Source: Paragordius varius (Eukaryota > Animalia > Nematomorpha). From it: DNA of 64,000 nucleotides. A program made the translations under genes and the position numbers. Below the pieces are notes generated by a model that worked only from the letters and a program-made list of their open reading frames with translations, ran no database searches and had not been told where the DNA came from. The DNA is taken from the NCBI GenBank assembly GCA_964247055.1, contig OZ176051.1, positions 13,454,001 to 13,518,000 on the forward strand. The letters are read 5' to 3'. Of this stretch, positions 63,875 to 64,000 are shown in pieces; position 1 is the first letter of the stretch; each line of letters begins with the position of its first letter.

Positions 63875-64000
63875 TACGAATACGATACGGATATGACGGA
63901 TATGATAATATGGAATTATTCATATAAAAATATAAAAAGTGAAACACGTGTTACAAAGTAATAATATATATATGTTACATCTCCCCCTTTAGTAAACGTG
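63875..64000 (-). mobile_element. Duplicate gypsy 3' LTR start and PPT (runs off the window)
   Basis: TGTTACATCTCCCCCTTT at 63973-63990. Confidence 0.7.

Larger units (their letters stand above)
44036..64000 (+). repeat. Unit 2 of the tandem segmental duplication (runs off the window)
   Basis: Matches 24308-43154, plus a 1,133 bp insertion at 47958. Confidence 0.95.

Noticed and set aside
1-64000. rRNA, tRNA, prophage or prokaryotic operon features
   Set aside because: No conserved rRNA or tRNA motifs, low gene density and eukaryotic transposon content.

Overview
AT-rich eukaryotic genomic DNA, probably an invertebrate judging by its transposon complement; the organism cannot be identified from sequence alone. 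The only host genes recognisable are a cluster of seven short, intronless, divergent ADF/cofilin copies: three type A (9424+, 27627-, 47355-), two type B (40622+, 61481+) and two identical type C pseudogenes (32123-, 52982-) that the ORF track misses. The cluster was built by an older inverted duplication (about 8.5-14.6 kb versus 25.1-29.9 kb) and a very recent head-to-tail 19.7-kb tandem duplication (24308-44035 repeated from 44036 to the window end). The type A coding regions are nearly identical while their flanks have diverged, which points to gene conversion. The rest is nested, mostly decayed mobile DNA: hAT, RTE LINEs (one with a twin-priming-type 5' inversion), Penelope-like elements, a Ty3/gypsy remnant, a Chapaev3-like element in a satellite, foldback elements and a fresh MITE in one cofilin promoter. 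No rRNA, tRNA or CRISPR features were seen. All alignments and counts were done by eye, so boundaries of decayed elements are approximate.
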